Shown: one piece after another, positions 63,924 to 64,000 of the stretch
Numbering within the stretch: the first letter of the stretch is position 1
Layout: the number at the start of each line of letters is the position of its first letter
NCBI GenBank assembly: GCA_904063045.1
Contig: CAJFCJ010000002.1
Location: 3,467,891-3,531,890, forward strand
Source: Dimorphilus gyrociliatus
Taxonomy: Eukaryota > Animalia > Annelida
DNA: 64,000 bases
Reading direction: 5' to 3'
Program-made: the position numbers and the translations under genes
The notes under the pieces: generated by a model
The model's input: only the letters and a program-made list of their open reading frames with translations
What the model was told of the DNA's origin: nothing
Database searches by the model: none

Positions 63924-64000
63924 CTGTTGATAAAAAACAGAATCTTTATTAAAAGTTATCTTGATGTTACATAAACTTTTACACGTGTCACCTCAAACAA

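Noticed and set aside
1-64000. CRISPR arrays, rRNA, tRNA, operon-type prokaryotic systems
   Set aside because: None seen. The spliceosomal introns show this is eukaryotic DNA, and the bacterial-like sulfotransferases are embedded among intron-containing genes, which argues against contamination.

Overview
Eukaryotic genomic DNA, very AT-rich and gene-dense, with mostly 50-75 nt GT-AG introns. The compactness and gene content suggest a compact invertebrate (probably spiralian) genome, which is inference only. The ORF track fragments most genes, so I rebuilt exon chains by hand. From left to right: (1) an all-minus-strand block of five intronless bacterial-type (Stf1/Sulfotransfer_3-like) sulfotransferases interleaved with three paralogous secreted proteins of architecture signal-EGF-PAN-[unnamed Cys/Trp module]-5x F-type-lectin-like-PAN; (2) an FMRFamide-receptor-like GPCR; (3) a secreted mucin-stalk/PAN protein; (4) one ~1150 aa gene encoding TWO complete DBH/MOXD1 copper monooxygenase units in a single reading frame with a GPI-like tail; (5) two tandem GT7 (beta-1,4-galactosyltransferase family) genes, each fused to three C-terminal PAN domains and carrying the Lys228/Leu289 donor-pocket pair, one with an IR/DR Tc1 deletion derivative in an intron; (6) a small two-exon neuropeptide-like precursor missed by the ORF track; (7) one or two EF-hand genes; (8) a Lopx-like homeobox gene; (9) an ARHGAP32/33-type PX-SH3-RhoGAP gene; (10) the last exon of a small gene at the right edge. 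The strongest novelty candidates are the GT7-PAN3 fusions, the covalent tandem MOXD1, the peptide precursor, and the sulfotransferase/lectin cluster. All family assignments come from motif recognition, not database searches.
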